Shown: one piece after another, positions 1 through 15,000 of the stretch
How positions within the stretch are numbered: position 1 is the first letter of the stretch
Layout of the letters: each line of letters begins with the position of its first letter
DNA from: Auanema rhodensis
Taxonomy: Eukaryota > Animalia > Nematoda
Assembly (NCBI GenBank): GCA_964057225.1
Contig: CAXKVF010000085.1
Location: forward strand, 62,001-126,000
Reading direction: 5' to 3'
DNA: 64,000 nt
Notes under the pieces: model-generated
Seen by the model: the letters and a program-made list of their open reading frames with translations, nothing else
What the model was told of the DNA's origin: nothing
Database searches by the model: none
Position numbers and translations under genes: made by a program

Positions 1-3000
1 GAGATGCGGTTTTCAAAATTAGATTCCCCATGTCCATATTAGTCTAAAAACAAATTTTTATTGACATTGGTGCATGGTAACCATGACTTTGAAATTTACG
101 TGAACTTTAATTTATGCTAATTAAATGTACACGTGATGTGCACTTGGTATGTAACTCGCTTCACGTGAAAGATAAAGAGATGCGGTTTTCAAAATTAGAT
201 TCCCCATGTCCATATTAGTCTAAAAACAAATTTTTATTGATATTGGTGCATGGTAACCATGACTTTGAAATTTACGTGAACTTTAATTTATGCTAATTAA
301 ATGTACACGTGATGTGCACTTGGTATGTAACTCGCTTCACGTGAAAGATGAAGAGATGCGGTTTTCAAAATTAGATTCCCCATGTCCATATTAGTCTAAA
401 AACAAATTTTTATTGATATTGGTGCATGGTAACCATGACTTTGAAATTTACGTGAACTTTAATTTATGCTAATTAAATGTACACGTGATGTGCACTTGGT
501 ATGTAACTCGCTTCACGTGAAAGATGAAGAGATGCGGTTTTCAAAATTAGATTCCCCATGTCCATATTAGTCTAAAAACAAATTTTTATTGACATTGGTG
601 CATGGTAACCATGACTTTGAAATTTACGTGAACTTTAATTTATGCTAATTAAATGTACACGTGATGTGCACTTGGTATGTAACTCGCTTCACGTGAAAGA
701 TAAAGAGATGCGGTTTTCAAAATTAGATTCCCCATGTCCATATTAGTCTAAAAACAAATTTTTATTGATATTGGTGCATGGTAACCATGACTTTGAAATT
801 TACGTGAACTTTAATTTATGCTAATTAAATGTACACGTGATGTGCACTTGGTATGTAACTCGCTTCACGTGAAAGATGAAGAGATGCGGTTTTCAAAATT
901 AGATTCCCCATGTCCATATTAGTCTAAAAACAAATTTTTATTGACATTGGTGCATGGTAACCATGACTTTGAAATTTACGTGAACTTTAATTTATGCTAA
1001 TTAAATGTACACGTGATGTGCACTTGGTATGTAACTCGCTTCACGTGAAAGATAAAGAGATGCGGTTTTCAAAATTAGATTCCCCATGTCCATATTAGTC
1101 TAAAAACAAATTTTTATTGATATTGGTGCATGGTAACCATGACTTTGAAATTTACGTGAACTTTAATTTATGCTAATTAAATGTACACGTGATGTGCACT
1201 TGGTATGTAACTCGCTTCACGTGAAAGATGAAGAGATGCGGTTTTCAAAATTAGATTCCCCATGTCCATATTAGTCTAAAAACAAATTTTTATTGATATT
1301 GGTGCATGGTAACCATGACTTTGAAATTTACGTGAACTTTAATTTATGCTAATTAAATGTACACGTGATGTGCACTTGGTATGTAACTCGCTTCACGTGA
1401 AAGATAAGGAGATGCGGTTTTCAAAATTAGATTCCCCATGTCCATATTAGTCTAAAAACAAATTTTTATTGATATTGGTGCATGGTAACCATGACTTTGA
1501 AATTTACGTGAACTTTAATTTATGCTAATTAAATGTACACGTGATGGGCACTTGGTATGTAACTCGCTTCACGTGAAAGATAAAGAGATGCGGTTTTCAA
1601 AATTAGATTCCCCATGTCCATATTAGTCTAAAAACAAATTTTTATTGATATTGGTTCTTGGTAACCATGACTTTGAAATTTACGTGAACTTTAATTTATG
1701 CTAATTAAATGTACACGTGATGTGCACTTGGTATGTAACTCGCTTCACGTGAAAGATAAAGAGATGCGGTTTTCAAAATTAGATTCCCCATGTCCATATT
1801 AGTCTAAAAACAAATTTTTATTGATATTGGTTCATGGTAACCATGACTTTGAAATTTACGTGAACTTTAATTTATGCTAATTAAATGTACACGTGATGTG
1901 CACTTGGTATGTAACTCGCTTCACGTGAAAGATAAAGAGATGCGGTTTTCAAAATTAGATTCCCCATGTCCATATTAGTCTAAAAACAAATTTTTATTGA
2001 TATTGGTGCATGGTAACCATGACTTTGAAATTTACGTGAACTTTAATTTATGCTAATTAAATGTACACGTGATGTGCACTTGGTATGTAACTCGCTTCAC
2101 GTGAAAGATAAAGAGATGCGGTTTTCAAAATTAGATTCCCCATGTCCATATTAGTCTAAAAACAAATTTTTATTAATATTGGTGCATGGTAACCATGACT
2201 TTGAAATTTACGTGAACTTTAATTTATGCTAATTAAATGTACACGTGATGTGCACTTGGTATGTAACTCGCTTCACGTGAAAGATAACGAGATGCGGTTT
2301 TCAAAATTAGATTCCCCATGTCCATATTAGTCTAAAAACAAATTTTTATTGATATTGGTGCATGGTAACCATGACTTTGAAATTTACGTGAACTTTAATT
2401 TATGCTAATTAAATGTACACGTGATGGGCACTTGGTATGTAACTCGCTTCACGTGAAAGATAAAGAGATGCGGTTTTCAAAATTAGATTCCCCATGTCCG
2501 TATTAGTCTAAAAACAAATTTTTATTGATATTGGTTCATGGTAACCATGACTTTGAAATTTACGTGAACTTTAATTTATGCTAATTAAATGTACACGTGA
2601 TGTGCACTTGGTATGTAACTCGCTTCACGTGAAAGATAAAGAGATGCGGTTTTCAAAATTAGATTCCCCATGTCCATATTAGTCTAAAAACAAATTTTTA
2701 TTGATATTGGTTCATGGTAACCATGACTTTGAAATTTACGTGAACTTTAATTTATGCTAATTAAATGTACACGTGATGTGCACTTGGTATGTAACTCGCT
2801 TCACGTGAAAGATAAAGAGATGCGGTTTTCAAAATTAGATTCCCCATGTCCATATTAGTCTAAAAACAAATTTTTATTGATATTGGTTCATGGTAACCAT
2901 GACTTTGAAATTTACGTGAACTTTAATTTATGCTAATTAAATGTACACGTGATGGGCACTTGGTATGTAACTCGCTTCACGTGAAAGATAAAGAGATGCG

Positions 3001-6000
3001 GTTTTCAAAATTAGATTCCCCATGTCCGTATTAGTCTAAAAACAAATTTTTATTGATATTGGTTCATGGTAACCATGACTTTGAAATTTACGTGAACTTT
3101 AATTTATGCTAATTAAATGTACACGTGATGTGCACTTGGTATGTAACTCGCTTCACGTGAAAGATAAAGAGATGCGGTTTTCAAAATTAGATTCCCCATG
3201 TCCATATTAGTCTAAAAACAAATTTTTATTGATATTGGTTCATGGTAACCATGACTTTGAAATTTACGTGAACTTTAATTTATGCTAATTAAATGTACAC
3301 GTGATGTGCACTTGGTATGTAACTCGCTTCACGTGAAAGATAAAGAGATGCGGTTTTCAAAATTAGATTCCCCATGTCCATATTAGTCTAAAAACAAATT
3401 TTTATTGATATTGGTGCATGGTAACCATGACTTTGAAATTTACGTGAACTTTAATTTATGCTAATTAAATGTACACGTGATGTGCACTTGGTATGTAACT
3501 CGCTTCACGTGAAAGATAAAGAGATGCGGTTTTCAAAATTAGATTCCCCATGTCCATATTAGTTTAAAAACAAATTTTTATTGATATTGGTGCATGGTAA
3601 CCATGACTTTGAAATTTACGTGAACTTTAATTTATGCTAATTAAATGTACACGTGATGTGCACTTGGTATGTAACTCGCTTCACGTGAAAGATAAAGAGA
3701 TGCGGTTTTCAAAATTAGATTCCCCATGTCCATATTAGTCTAAAAACAAATTTTCATTGATATTGGTTCATGGTAACCATGACTTTGAAATTTACGTGAA
3801 CTTTAATTTATGCTAATTAAATGTACACGTGATGTGCACTTGGTATGTAACTCGCTTCACGTGAAAGATAAAGAGATGCGGTTTTCAAAATTAGATTCCC
3901 CATGTCCATATTAGTCTAAAAACAAATTTTTATTGATATTGGTGCATGGTAACCATGACTTTGAAATTTACGTGAACTTTAATTTATGCTAATTAAATGT
4001 ACACGTGATGTGCACTTGGTATGTAACTCGCTTCACGTGAAAGATAAAGAGATGCGGTTTTCAAAATTAGATTCCCCATGTCCATATTAGTCTAAAAACA
4101 AATTTTTATTGATATTGGTGCATGGTAACCATGACTTTGAAAGTTACGTGAACTTTAATTTATGCTAATTAAATGTACACGTGATGTGCACTTGGTATGT
4201 AACTCGCTTCACGTGAAAGATAAAGAGATGCGGTTTTCAAAATTAGATTCCCCATGTCCATATTAGTCTAAAAACAAATTTTTATTGATATTTGTGCATG
4301 GTAACCATGACTTTGAAATTTACGTGAACTTTAATTTATGCTAATTAAATGTACACGTGATGTGCACTTGGTATGTAACTCGCTTCACGTGAAAGATGAA
4401 GAGATGCGGTTTTCAAAATTAGATTCCCCATGTCCATATTAGTCTAAAAACAAATTTTTATTGATATTGGTGCATGGTAACCATGACTTTGAAATTTACG
4501 TGAACTTTAATTTATGCTAATTAAATGTACACGTGATGTGCACTTGGTATGTAACTCGCTTCACGTGAAAGATGAAGAGATGCGGTTTTCAAAATTAGAT
4601 TCCCCATGTCCATATTAGTCTAAAAACAAATTTTTATTGACATTGGTGCATGGTAACCATGACTTTGAAATTTACGTGAACTTTAATTTATGCTAATTAA
4701 ATGTACACGTGATGTGCACTTGGTATGTAACTCGCTTCACGTGAAAGATAAAGAGATGCGGTTTTCAAAATTAGATTCCCCATGTCCATATTAGTCTAAA
4801 AACAAATTTTTATTGATATTGGTTCATGGTAACCATGACTTTGAAATTTACGTGAACTTTAATTTATGCTAATTAAATGTACACGTGATGTGCACTTGGT
4901 ATGTAACTCGCTTCACGTGAAAGATAAAGAGATGCGGTTTTCAAAATTAGATTCCCCATGTCCATATTAGTCTAAAAACAAATTTTTATTGATATTGGTT
5001 CATGGTAACCATGACTTTGAAATTTACGTGAACTTTAATTTATGCTAATTAAATGTACACGTGATGTGCACTTGGTATGTAACTCGCTTCACGTGAAAGA
5101 TAAAGAGATGCGGTTTTCAAAATTAGATTCCCCATGTCCATATTAGTCTAAAAACAAATTTTTATTGATATTGGTGCATGGTAACCATGACTTTGAAATT
5201 TACGTGAACTTTAATTTATGCTAATTAAATGTACACGTGATGTGCACTTGGTATGTAACTCGCTTCACGTGAAAGATGAAGAGATGCGGTTTTCAAAATT
5301 AGATTCCCCATGTCCATATTAGTTTAAAAACAAATTTTTATTGATATTGGTGCATGGTAACCATGACTTTGAAATTTACGTGAACTTTAATTTATGCTAA
5401 TTAAATGTACACGTGATGTGCACTTGGTATGTAACTCGCTTCACGTGAAAGATAAAAAGATGCGGTTTTCAAAATTAGATTCCCCATGTCCATATTAGTC
5501 TAAAAACAAATTTTTATTGATATTGGTTCATGGTAACCATGACTTTGAAATTTACGTGAACTTTAATTTATGCTAATTAAATGTACACGTGATGTGCACT
5601 TGGTATGTAACTCGCTTCACGTGAAAGATAAAGAGATGCGGTTTTCAAAATTAGATTCCCCATGTCCATATTAGTCTAAAAACAAATTTTTATTGATATT
5701 GGTGCATGGTAACCATGACTTTGAAATTTACGTGAACTTTAATTTATGCTAATTAAATGTACACGTGATGTGCACTTGGTATGTAACTCGCTTCACGTGA
5801 AAGATAAAGAGATGCGGTTTTCAAAATTAGATTCCCCATGTCCATATTAGTCTAAAAACAAATTTTTATTGATATTGGTGCATGGTAACCATGACTTTGA
5901 AAGTTACGTGAACTTTAATTTATGCTAATTAAATGTACACGTGATGTGCACTTGGTATGTAACTCGCTTCACGTGAAAGATAAAGAGATGCGGTTTTCAA

Positions 6001-9000
6001 AATTAGATTCCCCATGTCCATATTAGTCTAAAAACAAATTTTTATTGATATTTGTGCATGGTAACCATGACTTTGAAATTTACGTGAACTTTAATTTATG
6101 CTAATTAAATGTACACGTGATGTGCACTTGGTATGTAACTCGCTTCACGTGAATGATGAAGAGATGCGGTTTTCAAAATTAGATTCCCCATGTCCATATT
6201 AGTCTAAAAACAAATTTTTATTGATATTGGTGCATGGTAACCATGACTTTGAAATTTACGTGAACTTTAATTTATGCTAATTAAATGTACACGTGATGTG
6301 CACTTGGTATGTAACTCGCTTCACGTGAAAGATGAAGAGATGCGGTTTTCAAAATTAGATTCCCCATGTCCATATTAGTCTAAAAACAAATTTTTATTGA
6401 CATTGGTGCATGGTAACCATGACTTTGAAATTTACGTGAACTTTAATTTATGCTAATTAAATGTACACGTGATGTGCACTTGGTATGTAACTCGCTTCAC
6501 GTGAAAGATAAAGAGATGCGGTTTTCAAAATTAGATTCCCCATGTCCATATTAGTCTAAAAACAAATTTTTATTGATATTGGTGCATGGTAACCATGACT
6601 TTGAAATTTACGTGAACTTTAATTTATGCTAATTAAATGTACACGTGATGTGCACTTGGTATGTAACTCGCTTCACGTGAAAGATGAAGAGATGCGGTTT
6701 TCAAAATTAGATTCCCCATGTCCATATTAGTCTAAAAACAAATTTTTATTGATATTGGTGCATGGTAACCATGACTTTGAAATTTACGTGAACTTTAATT
6801 TATGCTAATTAAATGTACACGTGATGTGCACTTGGTATGTAACTCGCTTCACGTGAAAGATGAAGAGATGCGGTTTTCAAAATTAGATTCCCCATGTCCA
6901 TATTAGTCTAAAAACAACTTTCTATTGACATTGGTGCATGGTAACCATGACTTTGAAATTTACGTGAACTTTAATTTATGCTAATTAAATGTACACGTGA
7001 TGTGCACTTGGTATGTAACTCGCTTCACGTGAAAGATAAAGAGATGCGGTTTTCAAAATTAGATTCCCCATGTCCATATTAGTCTAAAAACAAATTTTTA
7101 TTGATATTGGTGCATGGTAACCATGACTTTGAAATTTACGTGAACTTTAATTTATGCTAATTAAATGTACACGTGATGTGCACTTGGTATGTAACTCGCT
7201 TCACGTGAAAGATGAAGAGATGCGGTTTTCAAAATTAGATTCCCCATGTCCATATTAGTCTAAAAACAAATTTTTATTGATATTGGTGCATGGTAACCAT
7301 GACTTTGAAATTTACGTGAACTTTAATTTATGCTAATTAAATGTACACGTGATGTGCACTTGGTATGTAACTCGCTTCACGTGAAAGATAAGGAGATGCG
7401 GTTTTCAAAATTAGATTCCCCATGTCCATATTAGTCTAAAAACAAATTTTTATTGATATTGGTGCATGGTAACCATGACTTTGAAATTTACGTGAACTTT
7501 AATTTATGCTAATTAAATGTACACGTGATGTGCACTTGGTATGTAACTCGCTTCACGTGAAAGATAAAGAGATGCGGTTTTCAAAATTAGATTCCCCATG
7601 TCCATATTAGTCTAAAAACAAATTTTTATTGATATTGGTTCATGGTAACCATGACTTTGAAATTTACGTGAACTTTAATTTATGCTAATTAAATGTACAC
7701 GTGATGTGCACTTGGTATGTAACTCGCTTCACGTGAAAGATAAAGAGATGCGGTTTTCAAAATTAGATTCCCCATGTCCATATTAGTCTAAAAACAATTT
7801 TTTATTGATATTGGTTCATGGTAACCATGACTTTGAAATTTACGTGAACTTTAATTTATGCTAATTAAATGTACACGTGATGTGCACTTGGTATGTAACT
7901 CGCTTCACGTGAAAGATAAAGAGATGCGGTTTTCAAAATTAGATTCCCCATGTCCATATTAGTCTAAAAACAAATTTTTATTGATATTGGTGCATGGTAA
8001 CCATGACTTTGAAATTTACGTGAACTTTAATTTATGCTAATTAAATGTACACGTGATGTGCACTTGGTATGTAACTCGCTTCACGTGAAAGATAAAGAGA
8101 TGCGGTTTTCAAAATTAGATTCCCCATGTCCATATTAGTCTAAAAACAAATTTTTATTGATATTGGTGCATGGTAACCATGACTTTGAAATTTACGTGAA
8201 CTTTAATTTATGCTAATTAAATGTACACGTGATGTGCACTTGGTATGTAACTCGCTTCACGTGAAAGATAACGAGATGCGGTTTTCAAAATTAGATTCCC
8301 CATGTCCATATTAGTCTAAAAACAAATTTTTATTGATATTGGTTCATGGTAACCATGACTTTGAAATTTACGTGAACTTTAATTTATGCTAATTAAATGT
8401 ACACGTGATGTGCACTTGGTATGTAACTCGCTTCACGTGAAAGATAAAGAGATGCGGTTTTCAAAATTAGATTCCCCATGTCCATATTAGTCTAAAAACA
8501 AATTTTTATTGATATTGGTTCATGGTAACCATGACTTTGAAATTTACGTGAACTTTAATTTATGCTAATTAAATGTACACGTGATGTGCAGTTGGTATGT
8601 AACTCGCTTCACGTGAAAGATAAAGAGATGCGGTTTTCAAAATTAGATTCCCCATGTCCATATTAGTCTAAAAACAAATCTTTATTGATATTGGTGCATG
8701 GTAACTATGACTTTGAAATTTACGTGAACTTTAATTTATGCTAATTAAATGTACACGTGATGTGCACTTGGTATGTAACTCGCTTCACGTGAAAGATAAA
8801 GAGATGCGGTTTTCAAAATTAGATTCCCCATGTCCATATTAGTTTAAAAACAAATTTTTATTGATATTGGTGCATGGTAACCATGACTTTGAAATTTACG
8901 TGAACTTTAATTTATGCTAATTAAATGTACACGTGATGTGCACTTGGTATGTAACTCGCTTCACGTGAAAGATAAAGAGATGCGGTTTTCAAAATTAGAT

Positions 9001-12000
9001 TCCCCATGTCCATATTAGTCTAAAAACAAATTTTTATTGATATTGGTTCATGGTAACCATGACTTTGAAATTTACGTGAACTTTAATTTATGCTAATTAA
9101 ATGTACACGTGATGTGCACTTGGTATGTAACTCGCTTCACGTGAAAGATAAAGAGATGCGGTTTTCAAAATTAGATTCCCCATGTCCATATTAGTCTAAA
9201 AACAAATTTTTATTGATATTGGTGCATGGTAACCATGACTTTGAAATTTACGTGAACTTTAATTTATGCTAATTAAATGTACACGTGATGTGCACTTGGT
9301 ATGTAACTCGCTTCACGTGAAAGATGAAGAGATGCGGTTTTCAAAATTAGATTCCCCATGTCCATATTAGTCTAAAAACAAATTTTTATTGATATTGGTG
9401 CATGGTAACCATGACTTTGAAATTTACGTGAACTTTAATTTATGCTAATTAAATGTACACGTGATGTGCACTTGGTATGTAACTCGCTTCACGTGAAAGA
9501 TAAGGAGATGCGGTTTTCAAAATTAGATTCCCCATGTCCATATTAGTCTAAAAACAAATTTTTATTGATATTGGTGCATGGTAACCATGACTTTGAAATT
9601 TACGTGAACTTTAATTTATGCTAATTAAATGTACACGTGATGTGCACTTGGTATGTAACTCGCTTCACGTGAAAGATAAAGAGATGCGGTTTTCAAAATT
9701 AGATTCCCCATGTCCATATTAGTCTAAAAACAAATTTTTATTGATATTGGTTCATGGTAACCATGACTTTGAAATTTACGTGAACTTTAATTTATGCTAA
9801 TTAAATGTACACGTGATGTGCACTTGGTATGTAACTCGCTTCACGTGAAAGATAAAGAGATGCGGTTTTCAAAATTAGATTCCCCATGTCCATATTAGTC
9901 TAAAAACAATTTCTTATTGATATTGGTTCATGGTAACCATGACTTTGAAATTTACGTGAACTTTAATTTATGCTAATTAAATGTACACGTGATGTGCACT
10001 TGGTATGTAACTCGCTTCACGTGAAAGATAAAGAGATGCGGTTTTCAAAATTAGATTCCCCATGTCCATATTAGTCTAAAAACAAATTTTTATTGATATT
10101 GGTGCATGGTAACCATGACTTTGAAATTTACGTGAACTTTAATTTATGCTAATTAAATGTACACGTGATGTGCACTTGGTATGTAACTCGCTTCACGTGA
10201 AAGATAAAGAGATGCGGTTTTCAAAATTAGATTCCCCATGTCCATATTAGTCTAAAAACAAATTTTTATTGATATTGGTGCATGGTAACCATGACTTTGA
10301 AATTTACGTGAACTTTAATTTATGCTAATTAAATGTACACGTGATGTGCACTTGGTATGTAACTCGCTTCACGTGAAAGATAACGAGATGCGGTTTTCAA
10401 AATTAGATTCCCCATGTCCATATTAGTCTAAAAACAAATTTTTATTGATATTGGTTCATGGTAACCATGACTTTGAAATTTACGTGAACTTTAATTTATG
10501 CTAATTAAATGTACACGTGATGTGCACTTGGTATGTAACTCGCTTCACGTGAAAGATAAAGAGATGCGGTTTTCAAAATTAGATTCCCCATGTCCATATT
10601 AGTCTAAAAACAAATTTTTATTGATATTGGTTCATGGTAACCATGACTTTGAAATTTACGTGAACTTTAATTTATGCTAATTAAATGTACACGTGATGTG
10701 CACTTGGTATGTAACTCGCTTCACGTGAAAGATAAAGAGATGCGGTTTTCAAAATTAGATTCCCCATGTCCATATTAGTCTAAAAACAAATCTTTATTGA
10801 TATTGGTGCATGGTAACTATGACTTTGAAATTTACGTGAACTTTAATTTATGCTAATTAAATGTACACGTGATGTGCACTTGGTATGTAACTCGCTTCAC
10901 GTGAAAGATAAAGAGATGCGGTTTTCAAAATTAGATTCCCCATGTCCATATTAGTCTAAAAACAAATTTTTATTGATATTGGTGCATGGTAACCATGACT
11001 TTGAAATTTACGTGAACTTTAATTTATGCTAATTAAATGTATACGTGATGTGCACTTGGTATGTAACTCGCTTCATGTGAAAGATAAAGAGATGCGGTTT
11101 TCAAAATTAGATTCCCCATGTCCATATTAGTCTAAAAACAAATTTTTATTGATATTGCTTCATGGTAACCATGACTTTGAAATTTACGTGAACTTTAATT
11201 TATGCTAATTAAATGTACACGTGATGTGCACTTGGTATGTAACTCGCTTCATGTGAAAGATAAAGAGATGCGGTTTTCAAAATAAGATTCCCCATGTCCA
11301 TATTAGTTTAAAAACAAATTTTTATTGATATTGCTTCATGGTAACCATGACTTTGAAATTTACGTGAACTTTAATTTATGCTAATTAAATGTACACGTGA
11401 TGTGCACTTGGCATGTAACTCGCTTCACGTGAAAGATAAAGAGATGCGGTTTTCAAATTTAGATTCCCCATGTCCATATTAGTTTAAAAACAAATTTTTA
11501 TTGATATTGGTGCATGGTAACCATGACTTTGAAATTTACGTGAACTTTAATTTATGCTAATTAAATGTACACGTGATGTGCACTTGGTATGTAACTCGCT
11601 TCACGTGAAAGATAAAGAGATGCGGTTTTCAAAATTAGATTCCCCATGTCCATATTAGTCTAAAAACAAATTTTTATTGATATTGGTTCATGGTAACCAT
11701 GACTTTGAAATTTACGTGAACTTTAATTTATGCTAATTAAATGTACACGTGATGTGCACTTGGTATGTAACTCGCTTCACGTGAAAGATAAAGAGATGCG
11801 GTTTTCAAAATTAGATTCCCCATGTCCATATTAGTTTAAAAACAAATTTTTATTGATATTGGTGCATGGTAACCATGACTTTGAAATTTACGTGAACTTT
11901 AATTTATGCTAATTAAATGTACACGTGATGTGCACTTGGTATGTAACTCGCTTCACGTGAAAGATAAAGAGATACGGTTTTCAAAATTAGATTCCCCATG

Positions 12001-15000
12001 TCCATATTAGTCTAAAAACAAATTTTTATTAATATTGGTTCATGGTAACCATGACTTTGAAATTTACGTGAACTTTAATTTATGCTAATTAAATGTACAC
12101 GTGATGTGCACTTGGTATGTAACTCGCTTCACGTGAAAGATAAAGAGATACGGTTTTCAAAATTAGATTCCCCATGTCCATATTAGTCTAAAAACAAATT
12201 TTTATTGATATTGGTGCATGGTAACCATGACTTTGAAATTTACGTGAACTTTAATTTATGCTAATTAAATGTACACGTGATGTGCACTTGGTATGTAACT
12301 CGCTTCACGTGAAAGATGAAGAGATGCGGTTTTCAAAATTAGATTCCCCATGTCCATATTAAACTAAAAACAAATTTTTATTGATATTGGTGCATGGTAA
12401 CCATGACTTTGAAATTTACGTGAACTTTAATTTATGCTAATTAAATGTACACGTGATGTGCACTTGGTATGTAACTCGCTTCACGTGAAAGATAAAGAGA
12501 TGCGGTTTTCAAAATTAGATTCCCCATGTCCATATTAGTCTAAAAACAAATTTTTATTGATATTGGTTCATGGTAACCATGACATTGAAATTTACGTGAA
12601 CTTTAATTTATGCTAATTAAATGTACACGTGATGTGCACTTGGTATGTAACTCGCTTCACGTGAAAGATAAAGAGATGCGGTTTTCAAAATTAGATTCCC
12701 CATGTCCATATTAGTCTAAAAACAAATTTTTATTGATATTGCTTCATGGTAACCATGACTTTGAAATTTACGTGAACTTTAATTTATGCTAATTAAATGT
12801 ACACGTGATGTGCACTTGGTATGTAACTCGCTTCACGTGAAAGATAAAGAGATGCGGTTTTCAAAATTAGATTTCCCATGTCCATATTAGTCTAAAAACA
12901 AATTTTTATTGATATTGGTTCATGGTAACCATGACTTTGAAATTTACGTGAACTTTAATTTATGCTAATTAAATGTACACGTGATGTGCACTTGGTATGT
13001 AACTCGCTTCACGTGAAAGATAAAGAGATGCGGTTTTCAAAATTAGATTCCCCATGTCCATATTAGTCTAAAAGAAATTTTTATTGATATTGCTTCATGG
13101 TAACCATGACTTTGAAATTTACGTGAACTTTAATTTATGCTAATTAAATGTACACGTGATGTGCACTTGGTATGTAACTCGCTTCACGTGAAAGATAAAG
13201 AGATGCGGTTTTCAAAATTAGATTCCCCATGTCCATATTAGTCTAAAAACAAATTTTTATTGATATTGCTTCATGGTAACCATGACTTTGAAATTTACGT
13301 GAACTTTAATTTATGCTAATTAAATGTACACGTGATGTGCACTTGGTGTGTAACTCGCTTCACGTGAAAGATAAAGAGATGCGGTTTTCAAAATTAGATT
13401 CCCCATGTCCATATTAGTCTAAAAACAAATTTTTATTGATATTGGTTCATGGTAACCATGACTTTGAAATTTACGTGAACTTTAATTTATGCTAATTAAA
13501 TGTACACGTGATGTGCACTTGGTATGTAACTCGCTTCACGTGAAAGATAAAGAGATGCGGTTTTCAAAATTAGATTCCCCATGTCCATATTAGTCTAAAA
13601 ACAAATTTTTATTGATATTGCTTCATGGTAACCATGACTTTGAAATTTAAGTGAACTTTAATTTATGCTAATTAAATGTACACGTGATGTGCACTTGGTA
13701 TGTAACTCGCTTCACGTGAAAGATAAAGAGATGCGGTTTTCAAAATTAGATTCCCCATGTCCATATTAGTCTAAAAACAAATTTTTATTGATATTGGTTC
13801 ATGGTAACCATGACTTTGAAATTTACGTGAACTTTAATTTATGCTAATTAAATGTACACGTGATGTGCACTTGGTATGTAACTCGCTTCACGTGAAAGAT
13901 AAAGAGATGCGGTTTTCAAAATTAGATTCCCCATGTCCATATTAGTCTAAAAACAAATTTTTATTGATATTGGTTCATGGTAACCATGACTTTGAAATTT
14001 ACGTGAACTTTAATTTATGCTAATTAAATGTACACGTGATGTGCACTTGGTATGTAACTCGCTTCACGTGAAAGATAAAGAGATGCGGTTTTCAAAATTA
14101 GATTCCCCATGTCCATATTAGTCTAAAAACAAATTTTTATTGATATTGGTGCATGGTAACCATGACTTTGAAATTTACGTGAACTTTAATTTATGCTAAT
14201 TAAATGTACACGTGATGTGCACTTGGTATGTAACTCGCTTCACGTGAAAGATAAAGAGATGCGGTTTTCAAAATTAGATTCCCCATGTCCATATTAGTCT
14301 AAAAACAAATTTTTATTGATATTGGTTCATGGTAACCATGACTTTGAAATTTACGTGAACTTTAATTTATGCTAATTAAATGTACACGTGATGTGCACTT
14401 GGTATGTAACTCGCTTCACGTGAAAGATAAAGAGATGCGGTTTTCAAAATTAGATTCCCCATGTCCATATTAGTCTAAAAACAATTTTTTATTGATATTG
14501 GTTCATGGTAACCATGACTTTGAAATTTACGTGAACTTTAATTTATGCTAATTAAATGTACACGTGATGTGCACTTGGTATGTAACTCGCTTCACGTGAA
14601 AGATAAAGAGATGCGGTTTTCAAAATTAGATTCCCCATGTCCATATTAGTCTAAAAACAAATTTTTATTGATATTGGTGCATGGTAACCATGACTTTGAA
14701 ATTTACGTGAACTTTAATTTATGCTAATTAAATGTACACGTGATGTGCACTTGGTATGTAACTCGCTTCACGTGAAAGATAAAGAGATGCGGTTTTCAAA
14801 ATTAGATTCCCCATGTCCATATTAGTCTAAAAACAAATTTTTATTGATATTGGTGCATGGTAACCATGACTTTGAAATTTACGTGAACTTTAATTTATGC
14901 TAATTAAATGTACACGTGATGTGCACTTGGTATGTAACTCGCTTCACGTGAAAGATAACGAGATGCGGTTTTCAAAATTAGATTCCCCATGTCCATATTA

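Noticed and set aside
1-176. Satellite monomer as a tRNA, 5S, SL-RNA gene array, telomeric repeat or named satellite family
   Set aside because: No cloverleaf, A/B boxes, recognisable RNA-gene sequence or short G-rich repeat is visible. A family or species name would need a database search.
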